Positions 31,080 to 39,958 of a DNA stretch of 52,302 nucleotides are shown here, piece by piece. The notes beneath the pieces were generated by a model that worked only from the letters and a program-made list of their open reading frames with translations, made no database searches and was not told the origin of the DNA. The translations under genes and the position numbers were made by a program. Origin of the DNA: Truepera sp. GTDB lineage: Bacteria; Deinococcota; Deinococci; Deinococcales; Trueperaceae. Each line of letters starts with the position of its first letter. The first letter of the stretch is position 1. The stretch lies in NCBI GenBank assembly GCA_048594695.1, contig JBMDWS010000371.1, positions 1-52,302 on the forward strand, given 5' to 3'.

Positions 31080-31094
31080 TGCGTATTATACGCA
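31080..31094 (-). promoter_or_regulatory. -10 box (TATAAT) inside a perfect 7-1-7 inverted repeat
   Basis: TGCGTAT-T-ATACGCA; minus-strand TATAAT at 31085-31090, ATG at 31077. Confidence 0.6.
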
Positions 31095-31178
31095 TGTTAT
31101 GTCATGAGAGGTTATGGCTTACGTTTAGCCGATTTTCATCAAACTCTTACAAAATTGGGGCGGTGAGGGTAGGGGCCC

Positions 31179-32501
31179 CTAGCCGCCTCCAAGGCCAAGA
31201 AGCGGGGCCGGATCTTGGTAGATGATGTCGAAGTCGCGGATGCGCCCGAGGCGCAGCTGCAGGATGTTCGCCTCGATTATGCCGCCACCCAGATACCCCA
31301 GAATGTCGCCCTGAGCGACCTCATCGCCGATCTCGACCAGAGGGGTTTGCAAGTTGGTGTAGGCCGAGATGAGGTTGGGGCCGTGACGCAGCGCGACGGT
31401 GTAGCCGCTGTTGGCGGTAATCATCGAGGCGCGGTAGACCACCCCGGCCCGCACGGCGCGGACGGCGTTGCCCGGCTCGGGGGCGCGGAGCCAGACATCG
31501 GTCGCGCCCGCCTGACCGAAGGGGCGTACGACGACCGGATCAGGGAAGGGGGGCGTGTAGTCCACTGCGTTTTGCGGCTCGGGGGTGTCGAGGCTGCGGA
31601 TGATGCGCTCGAGCCTCGCTGCTTCTTCGGCAAATTCGGGGTCTGCCTCGGCGGCAGCGTCGTTTTCGGCTGCTGTTTGCCGTGCGGCTTCGGCCTGGGC
31701 TACGAGCCGGGCAGTCTCTTCACGGCGGCGCTCGAGTTCGGCGGCGAGTTCGCCCCGCGCCCCGGTCAGGTTCGCCTCGATGCTGCTCTGCTCCTGCAGG
31801 AGCGCTTCGCGCTGCGCCAGTTGCCCTGCACGGGTACTACTTAACTCGGTGATGAGCGTTTCGAGGTCTGCCTGGGCCGTCTCAAGAGCGCCCTGGTTGG
31901 TGGCAAGCTGACGCGCTTCGCCCCGAAGGCTACGCACGCGGGCGGCGCGGGCCGTGCGGGCACGGTTCAGGGCGGCGCTCGTCTGGTTGAAGGTCTCGAG
32001 CAGCGCCACGTCCTGATCGGTGAGGCGCGAGAGGTAATAGTTCTTGACGCGCAGATCGAAAAGGGTGTCGGTCTGCGAGAGCGCGCCGAGGGTGCGCCCG
32101 CCCCGACGCTTGTGCAGACTCATAATCAGCTCCTGAAGCTGCCGCTCGAGGCGTTCGCTGCGTGCCTCGAGTCCCTGGATACGTACAGCTGCAAGGCGCT
32201 GAGCCCGCTCGAGCGTTTGGGTTCGGGCGCGGATAGCCTCTTGCTGTGCGCCGAGTTCGACGATCCGCGCCGAGAGGCGGTCGCGCTCTGCGAGCTGCGT
32301 GTCGAGGCGCGTGTTGAGGCGTGAGAGAGCGCTCTCGAGCCTGCTGAGTTCGGCTCTACGGTCCGAGAGAATCTCCTCGAAACCGGCAATCTGCCCCTCG
32401 AGGCGTGTGCGGTCGTCCCCTTGTTGCGCCGCGCCCAAATGACTCAAAGTAAGGAGCGCGCCGAGGACCAGGGTCAATCTCCTGGGGGTGCGCCGTATCA
32501 A
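31179..32501 (-). CDS. envC: Murein hydrolase activator, EnvC-like (coiled coil + degenerate M23/LytM)
   Basis: Signal peptide, long coiled coil, C-terminal VRAVRAGVV..GYTVALRH..SAYTNL..V..GD.V.QGD.LG without the HxxxD/HxH zinc ligands; directly after ftsX. Confidence 0.78.
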   Translation of the reverse strand: MIRRTPRRLTLVLGALLTLSHLGAAQQGDDRTRLEGQIAGFEEILSDRRAELSRLESALSRLNTRLDTQLAERDRLSARIVELGAQQEAIRARTQTLERAQRLAAVRIQGLEARSERLERQLQELIMSLHKRRGGRTLGALSQTDTLFDLRVKNYYLSRLTDQDVALLETFNQTSAALNRARTARAARVRSLRGEARQLATNQGALETAQADLETLITELSSTRAGQLAQREALLQEQSSIEANLTGARGELAAELERRREETARLVAQAEAARQTAAENDAAAEADPEFAEEAARLERIIRSLDTPEPQNAVDYTPPFPDPVVVRPFGQAGATDVWLRAPEPGNAVRAVRAGVVYRASMITANSGYTVALRHGPNLISAYTNLQTPLVEIGDEVAQGDILGYLGGGIIEANILQLRLGRIRDFDIIYQDPAPLLGLGGG

Positions 32502-33358
32502 AACTCCTCCTGCAAGTACTGCGATACCGACAGGGCGCTCCCAACGAGCCCTACGACCAGGGCCAGCGCCACGAGTAGCCCCGAGAGCTGGGCCAGCACA
32601 AGCGGGTCGCGCTCGAGGGGTAAAAAGCGCAGCGTTTCCGAGAGCCGCGCTGCGATGAACGAGTAGCCGGGCACGACCAGCAGCACCGTCAGGAGGGCAC
32701 TGAAAAGACCTAGAAATAGCCCCTCGAGCAGAAAGGGCGAGCGGATAAACGATCTCGTCGCGCCGACCAGGCGCATCACCTCGATCTCGTCGCGCCGTGC
32801 GGTAATGGCGGCCCGAATCGAGTTGACGATGGCAAAAAGGGCGCTCGACAGTAAGACGATGATCAGTACCGAGCCGATCAGGCGCAGTGCGTCGTTGATC
32901 GCCAGAAACGTCTTGACCGCGTCGCCTCCGTCCTCAACCGACTCGACACCCGGCAGGGTGCGCAGGGCGGTGGCGACCTGTTCGGTCAGGGTGGGGTCGG
33001 TGAGCTGTAAGTAAAGCGTGTAGGGAAGCGGGTTATTGACCTCGCGGCTCGGCCCGGCGATGTAGGGCAGTTCGCCGACGAGTTCGCTCAGCGCCTCGTC
33101 GGGTGAGACGAGGCTCGCTCTGACCACGCCGTTCCAGCCTTGAACGGTCTGGAGCACGCGTTCGGGAGCGGCGTTCGGAGAGAGGTAGGCCGCGAGCTCG
33201 AGCTCGTTTTGTAGTTCGCCCAGGTTCAGGTTGACGTTCAGGCTGAGCAGGGAAAACGCTGCCAGAATCGTCAGGGACAGCGTCATCGTCGTCAGGGTCG
33301 AGATGCTGGCAATCCAGTTCTTGCGAATGGCGCGCAGGGCTTGACTAAGGGCGTACAT
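32498..33358 (-). CDS. ftsX: Cell division permease FtsX
   Basis: NPLP in the extracellular loop, NSIRAAITARRDEIEVMRLVGATRSFIRSPFLLEG, four TMs. Confidence 0.94.
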   Translation of the reverse strand: MYALSQALRAIRKNWIASISTLTTMTLSLTILAAFSLLSLNVNLNLGELQNELELAAYLSPNAAPERVLQTVQGWNGVVRASLVSPDEALSELVGELPYIAGPSREVNNPLPYTLYLQLTDPTLTEQVATALRTLPGVESVEDGGDAVKTFLAINDALRLIGSVLIIVLLSSALFAIVNSIRAAITARRDEIEVMRLVGATRSFIRSPFLLEGLFLGLFSALLTVLLVVPGYSFIAARLSETLRFLPLERDPLVLAQLSGLLVALALVVGLVGSALSVSQYLQEEF

Positions 33359-33495
33359 CAGGAAAGGATCCTCCGGCTGGGTGGTGATGTGTCGAGATCA
33401 CGTGTTGAAGTCACGCGTCAAAGTCGCACGTATCCTTGGGTTATACCAAAAGCATCCCGTACGCCTGTGAGACGGGTTTTGCTAGACTAGAAATT

Positions 33496-33867
33496 ATGAC
33501 TGTCAAACAAAGTTTCCTGCGGGCGCTGCGGCGCTTTTTCTCCACGGTGGTGTCGCTGCGCTGCCCGGCCTGTGCGCGGGGCAAGATCGCCGCTGGACCC
33601 TTCGGGATCCAGGAGCAGTGCCCGGTTTGTGGCGCACGTCTGGAGCGGGGAGACGAGGGACACTGGCTGGTCGCTTCGACGCTCAACTATTTTTTCAACG
33701 CGCTCATCTGCGTTGGTCTGACGGTCTATCTGGTGCAGCGGTTCGGCTTTTTTTCTGGTCTGGCCTGGGTCATCGTGAGTGTCGCGCTGCTTCTCGCACT
33801 TCTGCTCTACCGACCCTCGAAAGCCTTGGGGGTATGGATTTTGTGGCTTTTCGGTTTTGTCAAATGA
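33496..33867 (+). CDS. DUF983 family membrane protein
   Basis: RCPACARGKI...CPVCG, two TMs, RPSKA. Leaderless start 7 nt after TAGACT. Confidence 0.8.
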   Translation: MTVKQSFLRALRRFFSTVVSLRCPACARGKIAAGPFGIQEQCPVCGARLERGDEGHWLVASTLNYFFNALICVGLTVYLVQRFGFFSGLAWVIVSVALLLALLLYRPSKALGVWILWLFGFVK

Positions 33868-33886
33868 GCTCTGCTGCCATGCGCAC

Positions 33887-33915
33887 AAAAGAGGCCGGAC
33901 GCAAAGTCCGGCCTC
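33887..33915 (-). terminator. Intrinsic terminator of the DUF1080 lipoprotein gene (possibly bidirectional)
   Basis: GAGGCCGGAC-GCAAA-GTCCGGCCTC perfect 10-bp stem followed on the minus strand by TTTT; lies between convergent genes. Confidence 0.75.
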
Positions 33916-33945
33916 GAGCCTCCTACATTCGCGCCTAGCCCAGCA

Positions 33946-35814
33946 CTAGTTCAGCGGTTCGATCCAGATGTTGCGGTAGCGCACCTTTTTGCCGTGATCC
34001 TGCAGCACGATAGGTCCACGGCTCGAGCCCTCAGCCGCGCCCAGCGTCGTCGAGCGCGGAATCGCCGTGCCGTAATGGACCCGTTTGCCGTTCCAGTAGA
34101 CCGTCACGTAGGCGGGCTTGACCTTTTTGCCCCCGGAGTACTGGGCAGCGCGGAAGATGATGTCGTAGCTTTGCCACACCCCGGCTGCGCGGCTGGCGTT
34201 CTGGCTGGCGTTCCGGACGCCGTAGACCGCGCCTGCGTCGTTGGCTCCCGACAACGTGCGCCCGTACGAATCGAGAATTTGCACTTCGTAGCGGCCCTGT
34301 AAGTAGACGCCGCTATTGCCGCGTGCCTGCTCGGTCGTGCCCGATGGGCTGGCGGGTACGTTGAACTCGAGGTGCAGCTTGAAGTCGCCGAAGGTAGCCC
34401 TGGTGCGGAGGTCGTTGGCCCCGACGGTCGCACCCGGTAGAACCTCGAGCGTGCCACTGTTGATGGGCCAGAGCTTGCCGCCGCTACTTTCAGGAGTCCA
34501 GGCCGACGTGCTTGTGCCGTTAAAGAGGACTACCCGGCTGCTGGGTGTGGTGGGAAGCGTACTTGCCAGCGACTTGATCTCGATGTTGCGGTAGTAGACC
34601 TCGGCCCCCTCGGCCTGGAACAGGATACGGCCCCGGGTCAGCGGGTTGCCGCTCGAGTCCTTGAGCGTGCCTTTATTGACCACGGTGCCGTTGACGATGT
34701 GGGTGGCTTCATTGCCCTGCACGATCAGCTCGACAGTGTTCCAGCCGGTCAGCGAGTCCCGCGTCTGACTCTTGGCGACCTGTACGAACGAGCCGGATCT
34801 GGTGGTGTAGGGTGTGCCGCCTGCCTGATAGCGCACGGGCGAGGCTGTCGTCGAGGCGACGGTCGTCGTGAGTGTGGGGCCGCCGATCAGCCAGAAGTCG
34901 CCAGTGTCGCCCTCCTGCACCTGAATTTCGCTGCCGGTGGGCCAGACCTTGTCGCTGCTGCCCGCGTGATAGATCACGCCGCTGTCGCGCTTGGCGGTAG
35001 CCCGGGGCGCAAAGCGTTTCGTACCCCACTTGTACTGAAAGCGCAGATGGTAGTTGCTGTAGGTGTTTTCGGTTACGAGGTAGCCAAAGGGCTGCGTCGC
35101 GCTGGTCGCAGGGATGTCGTTGATATGCAGCATGCCGTCCTCGACCTTGAAGACGCCTTTGGGATCGTTGTTTTTGCCGAGGCCCGAGAGGTAGGTGTCC
35201 CAGCCGCTCAGGTTGACGCCGTTAAAAAGCTTTTGCCACTCGCCGCTCGAGGGCGTGGTGCCTGCCGGGGTCAGGGTAATGCTGTCGAGGGCAAGCGCGT
35301 ACCCGCCGCTGCGGCTGTCTTTACCCGTTACGGTGAAGCGAAATCCCTTGTTACCCGCCGAGGCGAAGGTGACTGTGCCAGCGTTGACCGTGGCAAACTG
35401 CGCGGACGCCGAATACTGGTTGACGGGTGATCCCCGGTTAGTAAAGCCCCCGCTGGGGCTCTCTGCGGTAGCAAACTGGAAGATCCCCCGTTTGTCCCAG
35501 TTCTTGACCCGAATCGTGACGGTGTACGCACCTGCCTGGGGCACGCTGGCGCTGTAGGTGATCTGCGCTCCGCTCCCACTTGCGCTCAAAAAAGCACATC
35601 TCCCGCCGCTACAGGTGGCGTCGCTCGAGGTGGCACTGCTGCCCCTGCTAACCGAGGCTACGCCGAGCGACTCGACTTCGAAAGACGTGCTGCTGGCCTG
35701 TGCCGAAAGGGTAACCTCACCCTCGGGTGTGAGGGTTGCGCAGGCCGTGAGCAGTAAAAGCAGGCATACTACGAGCTGAAAGCGAATGAACCAAAACCTT
35801 CTCGAGTGCTGCAT
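33946..35814 (-). CDS. Lipoprotein with a CBM-like domain and two DUF1080 (3-keto-disaccharide hydrolase-like) domains
   Basis: LLLLTA-C lipobox. Two LFNG..L..W / [D/N]SG[V] / E.Q[V/I] / G.I..Q..G..V.YRNI.I modules; N-terminal beta sandwich ending ALDSITL. Confidence 0.85.
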   Translation of the reverse strand: MQHSRRFWFIRFQLVVCLLLLLTACATLTPEGEVTLSAQASSTSFEVESLGVASVSRGSSATSSDATCSGGRCAFLSASGSGAQITYSASVPQAGAYTVTIRVKNWDKRGIFQFATAESPSGGFTNRGSPVNQYSASAQFATVNAGTVTFASAGNKGFRFTVTGKDSRSGGYALALDSITLTPAGTTPSSGEWQKLFNGVNLSGWDTYLSGLGKNNDPKGVFKVEDGMLHINDIPATSATQPFGYLVTENTYSNYHLRFQYKWGTKRFAPRATAKRDSGVIYHAGSSDKVWPTGSEIQVQEGDTGDFWLIGGPTLTTTVASTTASPVRYQAGGTPYTTRSGSFVQVAKSQTRDSLTGWNTVELIVQGNEATHIVNGTVVNKGTLKDSSGNPLTRGRILFQAEGAEVYYRNIEIKSLASTLPTTPSSRVVLFNGTSTSAWTPESSGGKLWPINSGTLEVLPGATVGANDLRTRATFGDFKLHLEFNVPASPSGTTEQARGNSGVYLQGRYEVQILDSYGRTLSGANDAGAVYGVRNASQNASRAAGVWQSYDIIFRAAQYSGGKKVKPAYVTVYWNGKRVHYGTAIPRSTTLGAAEGSSRGPIVLQDHGKKVRYRNIWIEPLN

Positions 35815-35977
35815 GTCAAGACCTCCGGCGCGTCGCTGGACCAGGCGACCGTCCTTTCGTGCTGGCGCACGTCTGCTTGACCGATGCTGCAGAGGCGTGC
35901 TGCTTAGGATTTACCCTAGGGGTGCGGGTGAGGTGCCTTTTGTTAGATTCTTGACTCGTGCCGGACGTGTGAAAAAA

Positions 35978-36790
35978 TTAGTGCCACCAGGGTGAGAATG
36001 TAGGGTAGTAGGCCTGCACGATCGCCTGGAAGAGAAAGTAATCGACGATGAGATGCACGACGAGTACCCACAGGAGCACACGGGAGCGTTCAAACATTGC
36101 ACCCTGCGTGAGCGCGAAAAGGTAGACCAAGATCGGTCCAACGCCGCGAAAGGCCATGGTCCAGAGAACTGTGGTGTAGATGACCGCCTGAGCGAGGTTG
36201 GCGGTACGGGCTGGAAAAAGCTGACGTAAGACCGCGTACCCGACGTTGATAAAAAAGAGCTCGTCCCAGATGCCGACGAGGTTGATGCCGATAAAAAGGC
36301 GCAGGAGGGCTTCGTTGTCTGGCTGAGGCGGTAACGTCCAGTTGAACGGGACTTCGGGGCTAAGCACACCGAAGTAGAGTCGAAGCGCCCCCCAGGCCAG
36401 AGGTACGGCGAGCAGGGTATAGAAGACTTCGAGCCGGTCGATATGCCGTGGCCAGAAAGCGAAGGTAATGGGCCTAGGCCGCTCGTGCCACAAGATGAGC
36501 GTCGGTAAGAGTAGCGCTAGGCTAAAACACGTACCCAGGAGCAAAAATCCCCGGTTGCTGGTATCTGTCGTGACGGGAGCCAGAGACAGTACCAGAAGGG
36601 CCGCCGCCAGCGCCCCGTAGCGTTTTCGCCGTTCGGGGGGCTCGAGCGTCAAGGCCCATATAAAAGTGACTACAAAAGGTATGCCCCAGAGCCACGCGTC
36701 GAGGGCAATCCACAGCACCGCTGCCCCGAGCAGACTCAGGAGCGTCAGGTACGTTGTCCGCTTGATGGGGGCAGTCGGTGCTGCGGGCAC
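35978..36790 (-). CDS. CPBP (CAAX/Abi) intramembrane metalloprotease family
   Basis: Multi-TM with VGIWDELFF and C-terminal VVHLIVD. Leaderless GTG 5 nt after TAAGAT. Confidence 0.8.
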   Translation of the reverse strand: MPAAPTAPIKRTTYLTLLSLLGAAVLWIALDAWLWGIPFVVTFIWALTLEPPERRKRYGALAAALLVLSLAPVTTDTSNRGFLLLGTCFSLALLLPTLILWHERPRPITFAFWPRHIDRLEVFYTLLAVPLAWGALRLYFGVLSPEVPFNWTLPPQPDNEALLRLFIGINLVGIWDELFFINVGYAVLRQLFPARTANLAQAVIYTTVLWTMAFRGVGPILVYLFALTQGAMFERSRVLLWVLVVHLIVDYFLFQAIVQAYYPTFSPWWH

Positions 36791-36840
36791 AGAGCATCTT
36801 ACCCGTCGTTGCCCGTGCGGGGGCAGGTATGCTAGGGGGC

Positions 36841-37932
36841 GTGCCCGAAGCTGCCCTGTCTCGCCGAACCCTTGCCCACAATGTCGCGTCGCTTCGCGCC
36901 CGTCTGGAGCCTGGTACCGAGATATTGGCTCCAGTCAAGGCCAACGCCTACGGGCACGGCGCGGTCGGCACGGCTGCGTCGCTCGCCGACCTTGGCGTGT
37001 CCTGGTTCGGGGTGGCAACCGCTGGCGAAGCGCTCGAGCTGCGTTCGGGCGGCGTCAGGGGTAACATCCTCATCTTTACGCCGGTCTACGAGGGTCTCGA
37101 GCCCCTGATCGACGCGGGCATCCGGCTCACGGTGGCGGATACGCAGAGTGCCGAAGCTGTCGTACGCGCTGCTGCGGGCCAAGCTGCCTATGTTCACCTT
37201 AAAACCGACACCGGTATGGGCCGACTGGGTGAAGGGGTAGAGGGAACCCTGAGAACAGCGCAGCGTCTGGACGGGGCCAAAAACGTGGTGCTTGAGGGTC
37301 TCTGGACGCACTTCGCTTGCTCTGACGACGCCGACCGTCGCTACACCGAGATGCAGCTCGGGCGCTACCGGGACGCGCTCTCGGCGCTTGAGCGCTCGGG
37401 TATCGCGGTTCCCCTCAAGCACACCGCCAATTCGGCAGCGACTGTCGCATACCCCGAGTCGCACTTCGATCTTGTCCGGCCTGGGATCGCGCTCTACGGT
37501 TACCACTCGAGCCCCTATAGCGCCACGCTCGCGCCGGAACTCACGCCCGTCATGACGCTGACAGCTCCCGTGACCTTCGTGAAGCGGGTCAAAGAGGGAC
37601 AGAGCCTCTCCTATGGGGCGCTCTGGACCGCGCCCGATGACACGACCATCGCCACGGTACGTTTTGGTTACGCTGATGGTTACCCGCGTGTCCTCTCCAC
37701 CCGGCCCGCCGCGCAGGTGCGGCTGCACGGGCAGCTACGACCCATCGTCGGGCGCGTCTGCATGGATCAGTTGATGGTCGATGTCGGTGAGCTGGACGTA
37801 CAGGTTGGCGACCGGGCGCTGATCTTTGGTCCGGCAGGTCCGACCGCTGAAGACCTGGGCGAAGGGGCCGGAACCATCTCGTACGAGCTGCTGGTGCGGC
37901 TGGGTCCGCGCATTGCCCGACGTTTCGTGTAG
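36841..37932 (+). CDS. alr: Alanine racemase
   Basis: APVKANAYGHG (PLP lysine), HLKTDTGMGRLG, THFA, VRPGIALYG, GYADG, GRVCMDQ. Start moved to GTG 36841, 7 nt after TATGCT. Confidence 0.97.
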   Translation: MPEAALSRRTLAHNVASLRARLEPGTEILAPVKANAYGHGAVGTAASLADLGVSWFGVATAGEALELRSGGVRGNILIFTPVYEGLEPLIDAGIRLTVADTQSAEAVVRAAAGQAAYVHLKTDTGMGRLGEGVEGTLRTAQRLDGAKNVVLEGLWTHFACSDDADRRYTEMQLGRYRDALSALERSGIAVPLKHTANSAATVAYPESHFDLVRPGIALYGYHSSPYSATLAPELTPVMTLTAPVTFVKRVKEGQSLSYGALWTAPDDTTIATVRFGYADGYPRVLSTRPAAQVRLHGQLRPIVGRVCMDQLMVDVGELDVQVGDRALIFGPAGPTAEDLGEGAGTISYELLVRLGPRIARRFV

Positions 37933-38257
37933 CGTTCGGAAATGGCGGGACTGGGGATCCGTAGCCTGGGCTGCGCGCTCCGTAGGGTGCTGGGCACCCG
38001 ACCAAATCGGCGGCAATTGCCGCACTTTGTGCCATGCCTTCTGTATCCTGCGGGCCGGTGTTCCCTGCGATGGCTGCGCTCTGACTCCGCGAAAGACCTG
38101 AGTGTCCTATGTGAAGAACTTGAGAAAATCCCCAAGACTTTCTTGGTGCTCTCGCATAAAGACCATTTTCAGCCTGTTACGGTACAATGATAGTCGATCT
38201 GGTAAACTTCTACCAGCCACCGGAACAACTCGTGACACTATTCTTTAAGGAGATCTC

Positions 38258-39343
38258 TTGATCGACCTCACCGTTCCCCCAGCCAGCCTTTTAGACGACC
38301 TCAGACCCCGCACGCCGGCAGGCCTCCTCAGCCGACAGGAAAAAGACCGGCTTATCGAACGTGGTTTTCTGGGGCTCTACCGCTGGTACACCGCCCGTTC
38401 CCAGGAAACCCGTAACTGGAATCCGGACAAATCGTTTGAGTGGCGCAAGCTCCGTAAGGATCTGTCCGATCCGCTCATGCAGATTCTGCAGGGCTTTTTC
38501 GCCGTCGAATACTACACGCCCGACTACGTCGACGAAATTCTGAACCTCGTGCGCCGCAGCCACGGACGCAGCCACTTCCAGCTGCGCTGGGGTGCCGAAG
38601 AGGAAAAGCACGCCGACACCTGGGAAAACTCACTGCTTTTCTCGCAGCAGCGCAGCCCCGCCTTTATCGAATCCTATAAGGAAGACCTGCGCTCGTCGGT
38701 GCACCGCTCCCGCTGGCCCGACGACGCGCTGCGTAACCTCGTCTACACGGTGTTTCAGGAGCGGGCTACGCAGCTCAACTACCTGAACCTTCTCAAGATC
38801 GCGCAGGGCAAGTCGGATAAGCCGCAGCATAAGGGCGACGCCGACCCGGTGCTGGCACGCGTGGCGCAAACCATCGCTACCGACGAGGCGGCTCACTACA
38901 ATTTCTTCCTCGAGGGCGTGCGGCTTTTCCTCTACTACTACCCGCAGCGCACCCTCGAGGCCGTCCGCGACGTGATCACGCACTTCACCATGCCCGCCCA
39001 CGACATCGTGCCGGACTGGGACGCCTTCAACTACGCCGTTTACAAGGCAGGTGTCTACGGTCCCCGTGAATACGCTCGCGACGTGGTACAGATCGTTTTT
39101 CGCAATCTGGGCATCGAGAGCCGCAAGAAGCTCGAGGAAGGCATCAAAAAGGGCCGCATCGTTCCGACCAAAAATGACGATGGCACCCACCAGACCGCCA
39201 TCTGGCAGACCTTCGACTACGGCCTCGTCGAAGGCGACGTGAAGCGCGTTCACGACAAGATTCTCAAGTACGAGCAGGAGACCGGGCGCTACGAGGTGGA
39301 CCCGTTCGACTTTACGCCGAACCCGGAGTGGCCGAAAGAGTAA
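38258..39343 (+). CDS. Acyl-ACP desaturase-like ferritin-fold di-iron protein
   Basis: W.AEEEKH, YTVFQERAT..NY, IATDEAAHY.FF and F.MP motifs. TAAGGAG RBS before TTG. Confidence 0.88.
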   Translation: MIDLTVPPASLLDDLRPRTPAGLLSRQEKDRLIERGFLGLYRWYTARSQETRNWNPDKSFEWRKLRKDLSDPLMQILQGFFAVEYYTPDYVDEILNLVRRSHGRSHFQLRWGAEEEKHADTWENSLLFSQQRSPAFIESYKEDLRSSVHRSRWPDDALRNLVYTVFQERATQLNYLNLLKIAQGKSDKPQHKGDADPVLARVAQTIATDEAAHYNFFLEGVRLFLYYYPQRTLEAVRDVITHFTMPAHDIVPDWDAFNYAVYKAGVYGPREYARDVVQIVFRNLGIESRKKLEEGIKKGRIVPTKNDDGTHQTAIWQTFDYGLVEGDVKRVHDKILKYEQETGRYEVDPFDFTPNPEWPKE

Positions 39344-39359
39344 GCTCAGATTTGACAAG

Positions 39360-39392
39360 AAATCCCGCCTGAGCTGGAAGGCGGGATTTTTT
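39360..39392 (+). terminator. Intrinsic terminator
   Basis: AAATCCCGCCT-GAGCTGGA-AGGCGGGATTT then TTT, 16 nt after the desaturase stop. Confidence 0.88.
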
Positions 39393-39401
39393 ATAAGTCA
39401 A

Positions 39402-39893
39402 TCATGGTTCTTGTAGTTCTAAAATATACGCGTCGCAACGAGATCGTGGCAGGTTGAAAACTTTCTCAAAATCACCATAAGCATCATAAAAATCGCTGAA
39501 CAGATCCTTGTTGAAATCTATGCGTGCATTTGAAACTTTGAGGCTGTTACGGTATTTTTCTACTCTGAAGCGAGTTAGCACTGAGAAATCGCCATTTGGA
39601 TTGAGGATATGAGCATGAATCCAATCGTTTCTTTCTGCGACGTCAAAAACCTTCTTTAGCGCAGCTAGTTTGGGCTTATTCTTTTCGGGGGAGTGCGCTA
39701 AAAGTTTTTCGAGTTTTTCCTTCTTGCGCCCCGCAGATTGTGGGTTCCATTCCAAGCAATTTGCTTTGGCTGGCCCATCAGAAAATTCGTATATCGCTAC
39801 TTCCAACATCAGCTCGAAATTTGACCAGAAGGCGATGAAACAACCGAATTCATACATAAATCGTTGCGTAGGATGAAGATGCTCTAGTGACAA
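39402..39893 (-). CDS. Low-GC hypothetical protein with a HEPN-like Rx4H motif
   Basis: AT-rich codons, GGAGA RBS before TTG, helical N-terminus with W..FE..LE, and ERNDWIHA. Confidence 0.65.
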   Translation of the reverse strand: MSLEHLHPTQRFMYEFGCFIAFWSNFELMLEVAIYEFSDGPAKANCLEWNPQSAGRKKEKLEKLLAHSPEKNKPKLAALKKVFDVAERNDWIHAHILNPNGDFSVLTRFRVEKYRNSLKVSNARIDFNKDLFSDFYDAYGDFEKVFNLPRSRCDAYILELQEP

Positions 39894-39958
39894 AATAATC
39901 TCCGGTTCTCTGAAGAAACGTGGTTACTTATTCTACCAAGCATTCATTACCGCTTGGG

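Noticed and set aside
33420-33433. Group II intron domain V-like AAAGTCGCACGTA
   Set aside because: No GAGCCG 5' strand, no domain VI and no RT; it is part of a local tandem repeat.
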